NCBI GenBank assembly: GCA_963737905.1 | Contig: CAVTUQ010000002.1 | Location: 1 to 64,000, forward strand | Direction: 5' to 3' | Length of the DNA stretch: 64,000 nucleotides | Origin: an uncultured delta proteobacterium | GTDB lineage: Bacteria; Desulfobacterota; Binatia; UBA9968 | Made by a program: the position numbers and the translations under genes | In this document: positions 18,990 to 30,544 of the stretch, piece by piece | How positions within the stretch are numbered: the first letter of the stretch is position 1 | Layout of the letters: every line of letters starts with the position of its first letter | The notes under the pieces: model-generated | Databases searched by the model: none | The model's input: the letters and a program-made list of their open reading frames with translations, nothing else | Told to the model about the DNA's origin: nothing

Positions 18990-20084
18990 ATGAAAAAGAA
19001 ACTGCGCGTCGCGATTCTGTTCGGTGGGAAATCTGCGGAGCACGAGATTTCCCTCGTATCGGCACGGAATATCGTCGAAGCGATGGACACAGACAAATAC
19101 GAGGTCGTGTCCATTGGTATCGACAAGGAAGGCCGATGGTTCTTCGACGAAGGAGAGTACCTGCTGCATCGCAAGAACCAATCTCAGGTGGTATTCCGGC
19201 AAAACCGCCATCCAGCGGCCGTGCTCCCGGGAACCACGGCCACTCCGATGATTCGCACTTCTCCAGGACGGGCCTTAGGAAAAGTGGACGTCGTGTTTCC
19301 GGTGCTCCATGGTCCCTTTGGCGAGGACGGCACGGTTCAGGGATTGTTGAAACTCGCCAACCTTCCTTTCGTCGGCGCCGGAGTTCTCGGCTCGGCGGTG
19401 GGCATGGACAAAGACGTGATGAAACGGTTGCTCAGGGACGCCAAGATCCCGATTGCCAAGTTCCTGGTCTTTGAGAGGAGCGGATCGAACAAGATCAATT
19501 TTGCGGCCGTAAGACGAGCGTTGAGGTTGCCCTTCTTTGTCAAGCCGGCCAATCTCGGGTCCTCCGTCGGGATCAGCAAGGTTCGCTCGAACAAACAATT
19601 CGGCGGCGCTATCAGAGAAGCTTTTCGTTACGATAACAAGATTTTGATCGAAGAGAACATTCATGGCCGGGAAATTGAATGCTCGGTTCTCGGGAACGAA
19701 AATCCTCTCGCCTCACTGCCCGGAGAAATTATTACGCGACACGATTTCTATTCCTACGACGCCAAGTATCTCGACAAAAAGGGAGCACAATTGGCGATTC
19801 CTGCCGCACTTCCCAAAAATATCGTAAAAGAGATCCAGACACTGGCGCTTAGGACTTTCAAGACCCTAGCTTGTGAGGGGATGGCCCGAGTCGATTTTTT
19901 TCTGCGTGACAACCGGGAGATTTTCGTCAACGAGATTAACACCATTCCCGGTTTTACCAACATCAGCATGTACCCAAAGCTGTGGGAAGCCAGCGGGATC
20001 CCTTACGGCAAACTGATCGATCGCTTGATCCAGCTTGCTCTAGAGAGGTTTCGCAGGGAAAAGGAACTAAGAACTTCTCACTGA
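18990..20084 (+). CDS. ddl: D-alanine--D-alanine ligase
   Basis: FGGKSAEHEIS, LHGPFGEDG, KPANLGSSVG, YSYDAKY, NEINTIPG. Confidence 0.95.
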   Translation: MKKKLRVAILFGGKSAEHEISLVSARNIVEAMDTDKYEVVSIGIDKEGRWFFDEGEYLLHRKNQSQVVFRQNRHPAAVLPGTTATPMIRTSPGRALGKVDVVFPVLHGPFGEDGTVQGLLKLANLPFVGAGVLGSAVGMDKDVMKRLLRDAKIPIAKFLVFERSGSNKINFAAVRRALRLPFFVKPANLGSSVGISKVRSNKQFGGAIREAFRYDNKILIEENIHGREIECSVLGNENPLASLPGEIITRHDFYSYDAKYLDKKGAQLAIPAALPKNIVKEIQTLALRTFKTLACEGMARVDFFLRDNREIFVNEINTIPGFTNISMYPKLWEASGIPYGKLIDRLIQLALERFRREKELRTSH

Positions 20085-20109
20085 TGCGACTCCCCGTCCA
20101 GGATCATAG

Positions 20110-20150
20110 AAAAGGGCTCAACACCCGCTGGGAAACCGGCGGCTAGACCC
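20110..20150 (-). terminator. Probable terminator hairpin between convergent ftsZ and ddl
   Basis: Minus strand GGGTCTAGCCGCCGG-TTTC-CCAGCGGGTGTTGAGCCC-TTTT, an imperfect stem. Confidence 0.5.
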
Positions 20151-20192
20151 CATCCCAATCGATTCAATCGGGCGACTCAGGAGCCACCAACC

Positions 20193-21395
20193 TCAGTCCA
20201 TCTGTTTTCGCAAAAAAGTGGGAATATCGTATTCGTCCTCTTCTTTGTCACGCCCGAACTCAAACGTGGTCTTATTCAAGGTCAGCGTCTCCGTTTCCTC
20301 GCTGCCCTGTTTCTTACGTTGCCAAGTGGGCGTGTCTAAATCATCCACGATGGTACCCAAGTGCACCACTTTCTTGTTTTTCTGAGGTGCGCTCGTAATG
20401 CTTGAGACATTCACGGGCACGGGTTTCCGTTCCTCTCTATCCTCTCCGAATCCCGTGGCGATGACGGTAATACGAATCTCGTCGGTCATGGTCTCATCGA
20501 TAACCGAGCCGAAAATAATGTTCGCATCTTCATGCGCTTCTTCTTGGATCATCGATGCCGCTTCGTTGACCTCGTGCAGACAAAGGTCCGGCCCGCCGGT
20601 GATATTGATGAGCACCCCCCGCGCGCCTTGAATAGAAATATCTTCGAGTAACGGGCTGGAAATGGCTTTCTGAGCCGCCTCGATGGCGCGATTCTCTCCT
20701 ACCGCCGAGGCGGCTCCCATCAATGCCAGGCCCATCTCCGCCATCACGGTCCGGATATCGGCGAAGTCGAGGTTAATCAAACCCGGAGTGATAATGAGAT
20801 CCGAGATGCCGCGAACGGCTTGAAGCAACACATCATCCGCCCTGTGAAACGCCTCAAGCATGGTGGTCGTCTTGGCAGCGATGCTGAGCAAGCGCTGGTT
20901 CGGGATAACGATGAGCGTATCGACATTCTCCTTTAAATTCTCAATTCCCTCTTCGGCTTGGCGCATTCGCTTCTTGCCCTCGAAAATGAATGGCTTCGTT
21001 ACCACTCCCACCGTTAGCGCGCCCGCCTCCCGAGCCAAGCGAGCCACAACGGGTGCGCCCCCCGTACCGGTTCCACCACCCATACCGGCGGTGATGAAAA
21101 TCATATCGGAACCGGCCAGGTAATCCCTGATGATCTCTTCGTTCTCCTGCGCCGCCCGCCGCCCGATTTCTGGATTGGCGCCGGCACCGAGCCCCTTGGT
21201 CACGGTCTCACCCAGCTGAATTTTGACGGGTGCGCGGCTCGCTTCCAGGGACTGGGCGTCCGTATTCGCCACCATAAAATCAACGCCGGTAAATTTGCTC
21301 CCGATCATGGTATTAACCGCATTCCCGCCGCCGCCGCCGATTCCGATAACCTTGATGCGAGCTTTAAGATTTTCCTGCTCGACGATCTCAAACAT
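20193..21395 (-). CDS. ftsZ: Cell division protein FtsZ
   Basis: GMGGGTGTG tubulin signature, NLDFAD, C-terminal DIPTFLRK. Confidence 0.98.
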   Translation of the reverse strand: MFEIVEQENLKARIKVIGIGGGGGNAVNTMIGSKFTGVDFMVANTDAQSLEASRAPVKIQLGETVTKGLGAGANPEIGRRAAQENEEIIRDYLAGSDMIFITAGMGGGTGTGGAPVVARLAREAGALTVGVVTKPFIFEGKKRMRQAEEGIENLKENVDTLIVIPNQRLLSIAAKTTTMLEAFHRADDVLLQAVRGISDLIITPGLINLDFADIRTVMAEMGLALMGAASAVGENRAIEAAQKAISSPLLEDISIQGARGVLINITGGPDLCLHEVNEAASMIQEEAHEDANIIFGSVIDETMTDEIRITVIATGFGEDREERKPVPVNVSSITSAPQKNKKVVHLGTIVDDLDTPTWQRKKQGSEETETLTLNKTTFEFGRDKEEDEYDIPTFLRKQMD

Positions 21396-21436
21396 AAGTT
21401 TTCCTCCTTATAATGGGTGAATAATTTTGACTCCGA

Positions 21437-22663
21437 TTAAAAAAACTCGCTCAACCAATCCGACATCCGATGCTTCACTTTGGACAGAATCCCGTCGTCA
21501 CGGTAACGCACGGAAGCGCGCTCCTGGCGCTTCATACCGCAGAGGACCAACCCGACGCCCGCGGCATAAATGGGACTGGAGACGACGTCGACCAGGCCGA
21601 CAACGTGGGTGGGAGTACCCAGCCGTGCCGGCATTCCGAACACCTGTTCCGCGGTCTCGACAGCCCCTGGAAGGAGCATCGAACCACCGGTCATAACGAC
21701 TCCGGATGCCAAGGAACCCTCGTACCCCGACTTTGCGATCTCTTTCTGCACCAGTTGAAAAATCTCTTCCATACGGGGCTCGATAATCTCGCAGAGGATT
21801 TGACGCGAAACGGTGCCGGCGGTCTTCCCCGCCACGCTGGAAACTTCAACCCTCTGGTCGCCACAAACCGTGGAGGCTTTGGCCAAGCCGTAGCGTTGCT
21901 TGATCCGCTCCGCATCGGCGGTAGGGGTTCGTAGACCCGCGGCGATATCGTTCGTAAGATGATTGCCGCCGACGCTCAACACCGCGCTGTGTCTCACCGT
22001 GCCATCGTGAAACACCGCGATGTCCGTCGTTCCGCTACCGATATCTATCAGTGCCACCCCCAACTCGCGCTCTTCTCCGCTGAGCACCGCTTCCGCCACC
22101 GCCATGGGCATCAATACGATATCCCCGATGTTGAGACCGGCGCGGGTACAGCATTTGACGATGTTTTGCGCCGACGTAACAGCGCTGGTAACGATATGGA
22201 CCCGCGCCTCCAAGCGCACTCCTGACATCCCCAAAGGCTCTTTGATGCCATCTTGATCGTCGATGATGTAGTCTTGCGGCAGAATCTGGAGAACTTCCCG
22301 ATCCGTCGGAATCGCCACGGCCTTCGCCGCATCGATGACTCGATCCAGATCTCGCTGACACACTTCCTTGTTCTTGACCGCGACAATACCGTGACTGTTA
22401 AAGCCCTTGATGTGATTTCCCGAAAGGCCGGTGAAAACCGTATGAATCTCGCACCCGGCCATCAGCTCCGCTTCTTCCACTGCCTTTTTAATGGAGTTGA
22501 CCGTGCTTTCGATATTGACGACGACGCCTTTGCGCAACCCTTGCGACGGGTGGGACCCAATTCCGATAATTTCCGCGCCCCGATCGGTCATTTCGCCGAC
22601 GACGGCGCAAACCTTCGAGGTACCGATGTCCAAACCGACTACGATGCTGTGCTTCTTCGCCAT
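21437..22663 (-). CDS. ftsA: Cell division protein FtsA
   Basis: GLDIGTSK, IDIGSGTT, VMTGG; position in the dcw cluster. Confidence 0.97.
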   Translation of the reverse strand: MAKKHSIVVGLDIGTSKVCAVVGEMTDRGAEIIGIGSHPSQGLRKGVVVNIESTVNSIKKAVEEAELMAGCEIHTVFTGLSGNHIKGFNSHGIVAVKNKEVCQRDLDRVIDAAKAVAIPTDREVLQILPQDYIIDDQDGIKEPLGMSGVRLEARVHIVTSAVTSAQNIVKCCTRAGLNIGDIVLMPMAVAEAVLSGEERELGVALIDIGSGTTDIAVFHDGTVRHSAVLSVGGNHLTNDIAAGLRTPTADAERIKQRYGLAKASTVCGDQRVEVSSVAGKTAGTVSRQILCEIIEPRMEEIFQLVQKEIAKSGYEGSLASGVVMTGGSMLLPGAVETAEQVFGMPARLGTPTHVVGLVDVVSSPIYAAGVGLVLCGMKRQERASVRYRDDGILSKVKHRMSDWLSEFF

Positions 22664-22701
22664 GACCTTGCGTTATCACCTACGCGCAATACACGCTCCC
22701 G

Positions 22702-23517
22702 TTACGGCCGCATCCGTCTCACGCGGGCCACTACTTGATCACCAAAACTTGCATCCAAAGTCACCAAACGCTCCTCATGTCCCTTCCAAAGCTTTAGAAC
22801 GCGGTCCACACGTCGCACCTTGGCTTCCCAGTCATCCCAACCCATGTGCAGCGCCAGGGGGTAGGCCGTCGTGTAGAGAATCACGCGGTCGGCAGCTTCA
22901 AAATGGACCTCGGAAATCGTATGAGAATCTTTGGCCATCAAATCGCTGAGCCGAACGGCATCCTGGATTTTCCTGCGGACTGCCGGATCACGACTCCCAA
23001 GCTCATCCGCACGCAGACCCGTCAGTAAGGGAAATTGGACGCTTTCTCCCGCTCCGACCTCCTTAAAAACAACTCCGTCGGAATCCACGTAATAGAGTTT
23101 CCCCATCGCCACGATTGCCCTGGGTGTTCGCTCTTCGATTTCGATGACAACCCGACGAGGAAATTCGCGGCGCACGAGGACTCGGCGCACCCATGGATGT
23201 TTGGCGACTTTCTTTTCAATCGTCGCCGGCTCAATGCGCCAGATATTCATGCCGTGCTTCAACCCCGCCATGGTAACGATCTCATTACCCCCGAGCTTTT
23301 CTCCCCCACGCACTTGAATCTCTCTCACAGAAAAATACGGGCTCTCCAAGATAAACTGACGCGTCCAAGCGACTGAGGTCATCAACTGCCTGCGCCACTC
23401 GTAAAGCGCGACGCTGAGAACGATGAGAGTCGCAACAATACTGCCCACCATAATCCACTGACGCCATCGGCGTCCGTTTCGTTTGCGATTGTCTCTGCGA
23501 TAGATTGTCAGTTGCAT
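22702..23517 (-). CDS. ftsQ: Cell division protein FtsQ/DivIB
   Basis: Single TM, POTRA region (HPWVRRVLVRREFP...IEERTP); dcw position. Confidence 0.88.
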   Translation of the reverse strand: MQLTIYRRDNRKRNGRRWRQWIMVGSIVATLIVLSVALYEWRRQLMTSVAWTRQFILESPYFSVREIQVRGGEKLGGNEIVTMAGLKHGMNIWRIEPATIEKKVAKHPWVRRVLVRREFPRRVVIEIEERTPRAIVAMGKLYYVDSDGVVFKEVGAGESVQFPLLTGLRADELGSRDPAVRRKIQDAVRLSDLMAKDSHTISEVHFEAADRVILYTTAYPLALHMGWDDWEAKVRRVDRVLKLWKGHEERLVTLDASFGDQVVARVRRMRP

Positions 23518-24446
23518 CGTTTTGCTCTTGCCTCAACAGTCTCCCAATCCCCGAGCAGTCGAACCTCGGGCTCCAGTTCGACGCCGAACTGCGCTCTGAC
23601 CTCGGCACGCGCCAATTCCATCAGCCGGCGGACGTCTTCCGCCTTGGCGCCGCCAAGGTTAACAATGAAATTTCCGTGCCGCTGCGAGATCTGGGCTTGG
23701 CCGATTCTTTTGCCTTTTAGGCCCGCGGCTTCGATCAGCCTTCCGGCAAAATATCCCGGTGGATTGCGAAACATGGAGCCGGAGTTGGGGTAGCCCGAGG
23801 GCTGGCTGGCTTTGCGCTTTGTCACCAGTTCACGAACTCTAGAAGTGACTTTCGCGGAATCTTCTTGGCGCAGTCGAAGCCGCACCTCGGTCACCACCAT
23901 TCCCGCCGGCAAATGTGAATCACGATAAGTAAAGGTCATGTCGTTCCTGGACAAACGCATCGGCTCACCCTCTCGCGTAAAGCCATCGACCTGATCGATG
24001 ACTTTCTCCAACTCTGAGCCGTAGGCTCCTGCGTTCATAAAGAGAGCACCGCCCATCGTCCCTGGAATCCCTTCGGCGAACTCCATTCCGGAGTATCCCT
24101 TCCGGGCCGCTTCTCTTACCAGTTGGGTAACCGCAAAGGCCGCGCCAACCTTAACCCGGACGATTTCGCCTTCTTCTCGCCACTCAACCTGCTTGAACTC
24201 TCCCGCTAGATGAATCACAGCGCTGCGTAGACCACGGTCGCTGATCAAAACGTTGCTGCCGTTACCCAGGAGACAAAAATTTGCTTTGTATCGAGAGAGA
24301 GTCATCAGGACTCGCGTCAACGCGGCGCCGGTGTCTACCTCGATGAAAAAATCTGCCGGGCCGCCGACCTTCATGGACGTGTAGCGCGCCAGCGGCTCCG
24401 AGACTTTAATCCTGACGCCGGCAACGAGCCGCAGTTCCTGAGCCAG
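23508..24446 (-). CDS. murB: UDP-N-acetylenolpyruvoylglucosamine reductase (true start upstream of ATG 24374, uncertain)
   Basis: EPLARYTSMKVGGPAD, LGNGSN, GIPGTMGG, MNAGAYG, SGSMFRNP; the frame is open back to a TGA at 24473. Confidence 0.92.
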   Translation of the reverse strand: MAQELRLVAGVRIKVSEPLARYTSMKVGGPADFFIEVDTGAALTRVLMTLSRYKANFCLLGNGSNVLISDRGLRSAVIHLAGEFKQVEWREEGEIVRVKVGAAFAVTQLVREAARKGYSGMEFAEGIPGTMGGALFMNAGAYGSELEKVIDQVDGFTREGEPMRLSRNDMTFTYRDSHLPAGMVVTEVRLRLRQEDSAKVTSRVRELVTKRKASQPSGYPNSGSMFRNPPGYFAGRLIEAAGLKGKRIGQAQISQRHGNFIVNLGGAKAEDVRRLMELARAEVRAQFGVELEPEVRLLGDWETVEARAKRCN

Positions 24447-24517
24447 CGGCGTTTCGTCACTCTCCTGTCGTCATCGCGAACCATGATCGCATTGGAATAT
24501 GGGAGCGCTGGGCTCCA

Positions 24518-25921
24518 TCACTTCATCGTGCCATCACTCCGTGGGTCGACTCGTTTGAGCGCCCCCACTAGCGCTTCGCCGATTTTATAGATGTCTCCCG
24601 CGCCCAGGGTCAGCGCCACATCCCCTGGCTGGAGGGTTTCCGTAAGCCGCTCCACGATTTTGCTTTTGTCCGCAACAAACTCGATGTCCAAATGGCCCTT
24701 TCTCTTGATCGCTTGATAGAGCGCCTCTCCGGTTGCGCCGGGTATTGCATCTTCCCCCGCCGGGTAAACCTCCGTCAGGATGAGCCGGTCGGCGCCCTCG
24801 AAAGCGGTCAAAAAATCATCAAAAAGATCTCGAGTGCGGCTGTAACGATGGGGCTGGAAGATGACGATCAGGGGTCGCGTCCAACTATCACGAATCGCGC
24901 CAATCGTGGCGCGAATCTCCTCGGGATGATGACCGTAATCATCGATCATCGTAATCCCTTTCGGCTCGCCTTTGATTTCAAAGCGGCGGTGAATACCGCT
25001 GAACGCTTCCAGGGCTTCGGCTGTTTGGGAAAAAGGAATTTCCAACTCATGGGCGACCGCAACCGCCGCCAGCGCGTTGGTCGCGCTATGGCGGCCCAGC
25101 AGCTGGAGACGCAGTCTTCCCAACGACTGGGAGTGATGGAGTACCGACAACTCGACACCGTCAGCTTTGGTATTGAGTTCCTGGGCGGAAAAATCGGCCT
25201 CGGGAGACAACCCGTAGGTGGTGAAGCGTTTGCGCACTTTGGGCAGCAATGCCCGCACGTTGGCATTATCCAGACAAAGAACCGCAAGACCGTAGAACGG
25301 GACCTTGTTGATGAAATCCAAAAAACTCTCGTTCAAGCGCTCCATCGTTTGATGGAAATCCATATGTTCTCGATCGATGTTGGTCACCACAGCGATGGTC
25401 GGAGAAAGCAGCAGAAAGCTGCCATCGCTCTCATCGGCCTCCGCGACGAGAATCTCGCCCTGCCCCATCTTGGCATTCGTGCCAAGCATGCGGACACGTC
25501 CACCAATGACGATTGTCGGATCCAATCCACCGGCGCTTAGCGCTGCGGCAATCATCGAGGTCGTGGTCGTTTTGCCGTGGCTGCCGGCCACAGCCACCCC
25601 GTACTTCATGCGCATCAGCTCGGCCAACATCTCGGCGCGCGGGATGACCGGAATGTGCCGTCGTCGCGCCTCCAGAACTTCCGGGTTGGAGTATTTGACC
25701 GCCGTGGAGATCACCACCACCGAAGGATCAGCCGCCAGATTTTCTTCTTGATGACCTAGAAACACCTGCGCCCCTAACTTTCGGAGCCGCTCCGTCACTT
25801 CGGTCTTGTGGAGATCCGAGCCGGTCACTGCATAGCCTAAGTTCAGCAATACTTCCGCGATCCCGCTCATGCCGATGCCACCGATGCCAACGAAGTGGAG
25901 TCGGTGCTTTTTCTGCAGCAT
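24518..25921 (-). CDS. murC: UDP-N-acetylmuramate--L-alanine ligase
   Basis: HFVGIGGIGMSG, GSHGKTTT, EADESD, DDYGHHP, FQPHRY; start MLQKKH at 25921. Confidence 0.97.
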   Translation of the reverse strand: MLQKKHRLHFVGIGGIGMSGIAEVLLNLGYAVTGSDLHKTEVTERLRKLGAQVFLGHQEENLAADPSVVVISTAVKYSNPEVLEARRRHIPVIPRAEMLAELMRMKYGVAVAGSHGKTTTTSMIAAALSAGGLDPTIVIGGRVRMLGTNAKMGQGEILVAEADESDGSFLLLSPTIAVVTNIDREHMDFHQTMERLNESFLDFINKVPFYGLAVLCLDNANVRALLPKVRKRFTTYGLSPEADFSAQELNTKADGVELSVLHHSQSLGRLRLQLLGRHSATNALAAVAVAHELEIPFSQTAEALEAFSGIHRRFEIKGEPKGITMIDDYGHHPEEIRATIGAIRDSWTRPLIVIFQPHRYSRTRDLFDDFLTAFEGADRLILTEVYPAGEDAIPGATGEALYQAIKRKGHLDIEFVADKSKIVERLTETLQPGDVALTLGAGDIYKIGEALVGALKRVDPRSDGTMK

Positions 25922-25946
25922 AGAATTCCTGTCACTGTTCGCACAT

Positions 25947-27013
25947 TTACCCGCGTACCAGAGCGTAGCACTCATCGACGATTCGAGCCGCGGCTTCCGG
26001 TCGCCCCATCCTACGGGCCGCGGCGGCCATGCGTTCGATCCTTTGTCGATCGGATGCAAGCGCTTGGATCCGTCCAGCCAGGAGATCTCCGCTCAGTTCT
26101 TGATCGAGAATCATCTCCGCCGCCCCCTGATCTTGAAGCGCTTGTCCATTCCAGCGTTGATGGTCGTAAATCGCGTAAGGGTAGGGCACCAGGATCGCCG
26201 CTTTGCCGAAGGCGGTCAGCTCGGCCACAGTCGTGGCACCGGCCCGGCAAAGGACTAAGTCGGCGCTGGCGTAGGCCGCGTCCATTTTCTCTATGAACGG
26301 AAGCACCTCCGCTTCGAAAGGCAGAGAATCATAGGCCGCTTTGATTGCGGCAAAGTCCGCCTGCCCGGTCTGGTGAATAACCTGCAATCCGCTGGCGAGA
26401 TCCGTCAGCCTATGCAGCGCATCCACAACAGCGAGATTGATGCGGTGAGCGCCGGCGCTGCCGCCAAAGATCAAAAGCACGAATTTTTCGCTCGGCTTCA
26501 CTGCTGAAAGCTTGCGCCAGCGAACCGGATTACCCGTCTCTAAAACCTGTCTGCCGGAAAAATAGGCTCTGCTTTCCCGGTAGGAGATGAAAACCCGATC
26601 GACAAACCGGGCGAGAAGCTTATTGGTAAAACCAGGTCGGAGATTCTGCTCCATTATCGCGCAAGGAAGACCGCGCAACTTTCCTGCAAGTAAAACAGGG
26701 CCCGACGCATAACCGCCGAGACCGATAATAACGTCCGGCCGAAAGTTTCGAATAACGGTGAGTGAACGCAGGAGGCCAGCGGGAATACCCCAGGCCGCAT
26801 CCAACAAACCGCGAGCCCCCCTCCCCTTCAGTCCTCTTACGGGAATCGTTTCAAGCCGGAATCCTTCCCGTGGAAGAACTCTGGCTTCGATGCCTTGCCC
26901 GTTCCTATAAACAATATTTCCGTCATTGCATCACGCTGTTGAAGCTCGCGCGCCACCGCCAGCCCTGGGAACAGATGGCCACCGGTTCCCCCGCCGGCGA
27001 AGATCACGCGCAT
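25947..27013 (-). CDS. murG: Undecaprenyl-PP-MurNAc-pentapeptide GlcNAc transferase, 1-nt frameshift at ~26899
   Basis: ATG 27013 [17 protein letters not shown]...FIGT, then shifted frame GIEARVLP...GGYAS...GNPVR...GGSAGA...RAGATT. Confidence 0.93.
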
Positions 27014-27015
27014 TT

Positions 27016-28110
27016 CTACAATCTCCTACGGGAGAGTCCCAGCAGTATTCCTGCCTCCATTAAATTAAGAACCATGGCTGATCCGCCGTAGCTGATGAAA
27101 GGCAGCACCAATCCTTTAGTGGGCATCAGACCCATAACCACACCGATGTGGATCAATGCCTGGAGCCCGAGGAGAACCGTCAGCCCAAAAGCCAGGTACT
27201 GCTCAAACGGCTCTTCGATCCTGGAAGTAAGCCGCAGCCCGCGCGCGATAATGACCCCGAATAAAACCAGAACAACCAACGCACCCAACAACCCCAACTC
27301 TTCACCGATCACCGAAAAGACAAAATCGGTATGGGCCTCGGGAAGATAAAAAAGCTTCTGTCGGCTTTCGCCCAGACCGCGTCCCCACAACTGCCCGGAG
27401 CCGAAGGCGATGAGTGATTGAACCACTTGGAAACCGTTGCTGGAGGCCTCACGCCACGGATCCATGAACGTCAAAAGCCGGCGAAAGCGATACTCTGCGG
27501 TCACCATCACATAGACCAACAGGGGCAACGCCATAAGTCCGGTAGCCAACAAATGGGAAAGACGTACCCCGCCGACAAAAAGCATCAAAAAGAGCAACGT
27601 TGCCAAAATCAGCGCCGTGCCGAAGTCTGGTTCCAGGAGCAGCGCTGCCAAAAAAAATGCTCCGACGATGAGGTGGGGCAGAACACCCAGGGAAAAAGTC
27701 TTTATCTTATCTGCTTTCCGGGCCATCGATTGAGCGAGGTACAAGACAATCGCCAGCTTCGCCAGCTCTGCGGGCTGGAACGCAAAGCCCGGCATCATTA
27801 ACCACCGCCGCGCGCCACCGCGCGCCACACCGATGCCCGGAATCAAGACCAAAACCAGCACAAGGAAAGTCATGCCGAGGAGCGGATAACTGAGCCGGCG
27901 GTAGAGTGGGGAAGGCAACAGGGAACAAACCACTAGAGCCACCAAACCCGCACTGATGGCTATCAGCTGCTTACGGAAGAAGTAGGTGCCGTCGGTGAAG
28001 CGCTCTTGGGAGTAGAGGTAGCTCGTACTCAGCACCATCGTCACTCCCAGCGCCAACAATGCGGCGACCGCCAGCAGAAGCCATTTATCCACTGCAAAAC
28101 CGTCTCTCAT
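27016..28110 (-). CDS. ftsW: Peptidoglycan polymerase FtsW (SEDS)
   Basis: [35 protein letters not shown]. Confidence 0.96.
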   Translation of the reverse strand: MRDGFAVDKWLLLAVAALLALGVTMVLSTSYLYSQERFTDGTYFFRKQLIAISAGLVALVVCSLLPSPLYRRLSYPLLGMTFLVLVLVLIPGIGVARGGARRWLMMPGFAFQPAELAKLAIVLYLAQSMARKADKIKTFSLGVLPHLIVGAFFLAALLLEPDFGTALILATLLFLMLFVGGVRLSHLLATGLMALPLLVYVMVTAEYRFRRLLTFMDPWREASSNGFQVVQSLIAFGSGQLWGRGLGESRQKLFYLPEAHTDFVFSVIGEELGLLGALVVLVLFGVIIARGLRLTSRIEEPFEQYLAFGLTVLLGLQALIHIGVVMGLMPTKGLVLPFISYGGSAMVLNLMEAGILLGLSRRRL

Positions 28111-29441
28111 AGGGCCTGAACCAAACTTTTAAAAACTCTCCCCCGCTCGGCGTAATTGCGAAACATGTCGAAACTCGAGCAGGCGGGCGACAGCAATACA
28201 ACGTCGCCCGGCCGGGCGTGGAGATGAGCGTCGCGCACCGCTGCTTCCATGTCGTCGACGATGGCCGTTTCCGTTAGCGCTCCCAGGGCCTTGGCAATCA
28301 GCTCCTTGGCGGCGCCGAAAAGCACCAGCCGCTTGACTCTTTCTCCGACGCCTTCTCGCAGCACCTCATAGTCGCCGCCTTTGTCGACCCCTCCCGCGAG
28401 AAGGATGACCGGAACAGAAAAACTCGCCAGTGATTTGACAACCGCGCCAACATTGGTCCCCTTGGAGTCGTTGTAGTAACTTACGCCGTCCTTCTCTCTG
28501 ACAAATTCGAGACGATGCTCGAGACCCGGAAATTCTTCCAAAGTTTGCTGGATGGTTTGCGCCGGTATGCCGATGGTCTTGGCCACGGCAATGGCCGCCA
28601 TCATGTTTTCTATATTGTGCACGCCTTGAATTTTCACACGGCGCAGCGGGAATCGTTCTTCGCCGGAAGCACCGCGCCAAACGATTTCGTCCGGCTTTGC
28701 AAAAACGCCCTCTTCGACCTCGGAGAGGCCGAAGGAGATAATTTTCGCTGCCTTGCCCTGCCGCATCGCCCACACAAGTGAATCGTCGCGATTGAGAATC
28801 GCGACATCCTTTGCCGTCTGTTTTTCGAAGATCCTTTCCTTTGCACCGCAATAAGCCGCAAAGTCCGGATAGCGGTCGAGATGGTCTTCACTCAAATTCA
28901 GCAAGACCGCCACCCGGGAACGAAAGTCTTCAATCCATTCCAGTTGAAAGCTGCTGATTTCGACAACGCCCCATTCCCAATCACCCCCGACAAATCCGAT
29001 CAGGGGCGCGCCGATGTTGCCGCCGATGAAAACCCGGGTGCCGTTGGCTTTGAGCATAAGGCCCACCAGAGTCGTCGTCGTGCTCTTGCCATTGGTGCCC
29101 GTGATGGCGACAATCGGGAACTGGTAAAACCGGTAGGCCATCTCGACCTCGCTGAGGATCTCAATGCCACGACTGCATGCCTCCTGAAGCAACGGATTGT
29201 CCGCCGGCACTCCCGGGCTCGGCACCACTAAATCCACCTCTTCTAACCAGCGACGCTCTTCACCCCCTAAAAGATAATCGACCGACAATCCCTTGAGGGC
29301 TTCGATCTCCTGTTTGAGATCCGTTTCCGATCGAAGATCGCTAACCGACACTTTAGCCCCTTGATTCACGAGGAAACGCGCACATTCAATGCCCGTGCGG
29401 GCCAGGCCCACGACCAGCACTTTTTTGTCCCTGAGCTCCAT
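28107..29441 (-). CDS. murD: UDP-MurNAc-L-Ala--D-glutamate ligase
   Basis: SPGVP, ITGTNGKSTT, GGNIG, EISSFQL, DHLDRY, NDSKGTN, LSPACSSFD. Confidence 0.97.
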   Translation of the reverse strand: MELRDKKVLVVGLARTGIECARFLVNQGAKVSVSDLRSETDLKQEIEALKGLSVDYLLGGEERRWLEEVDLVVPSPGVPADNPLLQEACSRGIEILSEVEMAYRFYQFPIVAITGTNGKSTTTTLVGLMLKANGTRVFIGGNIGAPLIGFVGGDWEWGVVEISSFQLEWIEDFRSRVAVLLNLSEDHLDRYPDFAAYCGAKERIFEKQTAKDVAILNRDDSLVWAMRQGKAAKIISFGLSEVEEGVFAKPDEIVWRGASGEERFPLRRVKIQGVHNIENMMAAIAVAKTIGIPAQTIQQTLEEFPGLEHRLEFVREKDGVSYYNDSKGTNVGAVVKSLASFSVPVILLAGGVDKGGDYEVLREGVGERVKRLVLFGAAKELIAKALGALTETAIVDDMEAAVRDAHLHARPGDVVLLSPACSSFDMFRNYAERGRVFKSLVQAL

Positions 29442-29456
29442 GGTCCATCGCCGGTT

Positions 29457-30533
29457 TCATCTAAGCTTCAGCGTGCTCAATCCCACCACGGCGCAGATAA
29501 AAGAAATAATCCAAAACCTCACGATAATTTGCGGCTCCGGCCAACCCTTGAGCTCATAGTGATGGTGAATCGGCGCCATCAAAAAGACTCTCTTGCGTCG
29601 AAGCTTATAGGACGCAACCTGGAAGATGACAGACAAAGCCTCCATGACAAAGACGCCGCCCACGATGATCAGGAGAATCTCATTCTTGGTCATGACGGCA
29701 ACGATGCCCAACGCCGCGCCCAGAGCCAGAGATCCGACATCGCCCATAAACATCTGCGCCGGGTAAGCGTTGTACCAGAGAAAACCTAGACCCGCTGCGA
29801 CAATGGCCACGCAGAATACCATCAGCTCTCCGGTTCCAGCGACATAAGGGATCTGAAGATAGTCCGCGTATTTTAAATTGCCGGTCAGGTAAGCGATGAC
29901 GGCATAAGTACCCGCGGCGATCATGACCGGCCCGATGGCCAACCCATCGAGTCCGTCGGTCAGGTTGACGGCGTTGGACGCACCGACGATGACCAACATT
30001 GCGAAGGGAATATATAGAGGACCGAGATTAGGGCGAACGTTCTTAACGAAGGGAATTCCAATTTCAGTGCTGAATTTCGGAACATAGTAAAGCGCTAGCG
30101 CGACGCAGAAGGCCACGGCAAACTGGCCCACGAGCTTCCACCGCGCCGGCAGTCCCTTGCTGTTCTTATGGGTGAGTTTCAAATAGTCATCGGCAAACCC
30201 CACTGCCCCAAACCCTACGGTCCCGAAAAGTCCGATGAGAATGTACAGATTCGCAATATCCGCTAGCATAACCGTGGAGAGAAACAACGCGAGAATAATG
30301 AGGGTCCCTCCCATCGTCGGCGTGCCGGCCTTGGTCGAATGGGATGCGGGGCCGTCGTCGCGAATCTGCTGGCTGATCTGCTTCTCCGTCAGAGAGCGGA
30401 TCAGCCCAGGACCCAGAATAAACGAAACCGCCAGCGCCATCAGCGCCGCCATGGCGGCGCGAAACGTAATGTAGCGAAACACGTTGAAACCGGAATAAAC
30501 CGTGTGGAGTTGGTACAGCAGATGGTACAACAA
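29457..30533 (-). CDS. mraY: Phospho-MurNAc-pentapeptide transferase
   Basis: [37 protein letters not shown]; TTG start. Confidence 0.97.
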   Translation of the reverse strand: MLYHLLYQLHTVYSGFNVFRYITFRAAMAALMALAVSFILGPGLIRSLTEKQISQQIRDDGPASHSTKAGTPTMGGTLIILALFLSTVMLADIANLYILIGLFGTVGFGAVGFADDYLKLTHKNSKGLPARWKLVGQFAVAFCVALALYYVPKFSTEIGIPFVKNVRPNLGPLYIPFAMLVIVGASNAVNLTDGLDGLAIGPVMIAAGTYAVIAYLTGNLKYADYLQIPYVAGTGELMVFCVAIVAAGLGFLWYNAYPAQMFMGDVGSLALGAALGIVAVMTKNEILLIIVGGVFVMEALSVIFQVASYKLRRKRVFLMAPIHHHYELKGWPEPQIIVRFWIISFICAVVGLSTLKLR

Positions 30534-30544
30534 GTCGGTTTCTC

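Noticed and set aside
24471-24473. Selenocysteine recoding in murB
   Set aside because: The TGA lies in a non-conserved N-terminal extension, and no SECIS could be supported.
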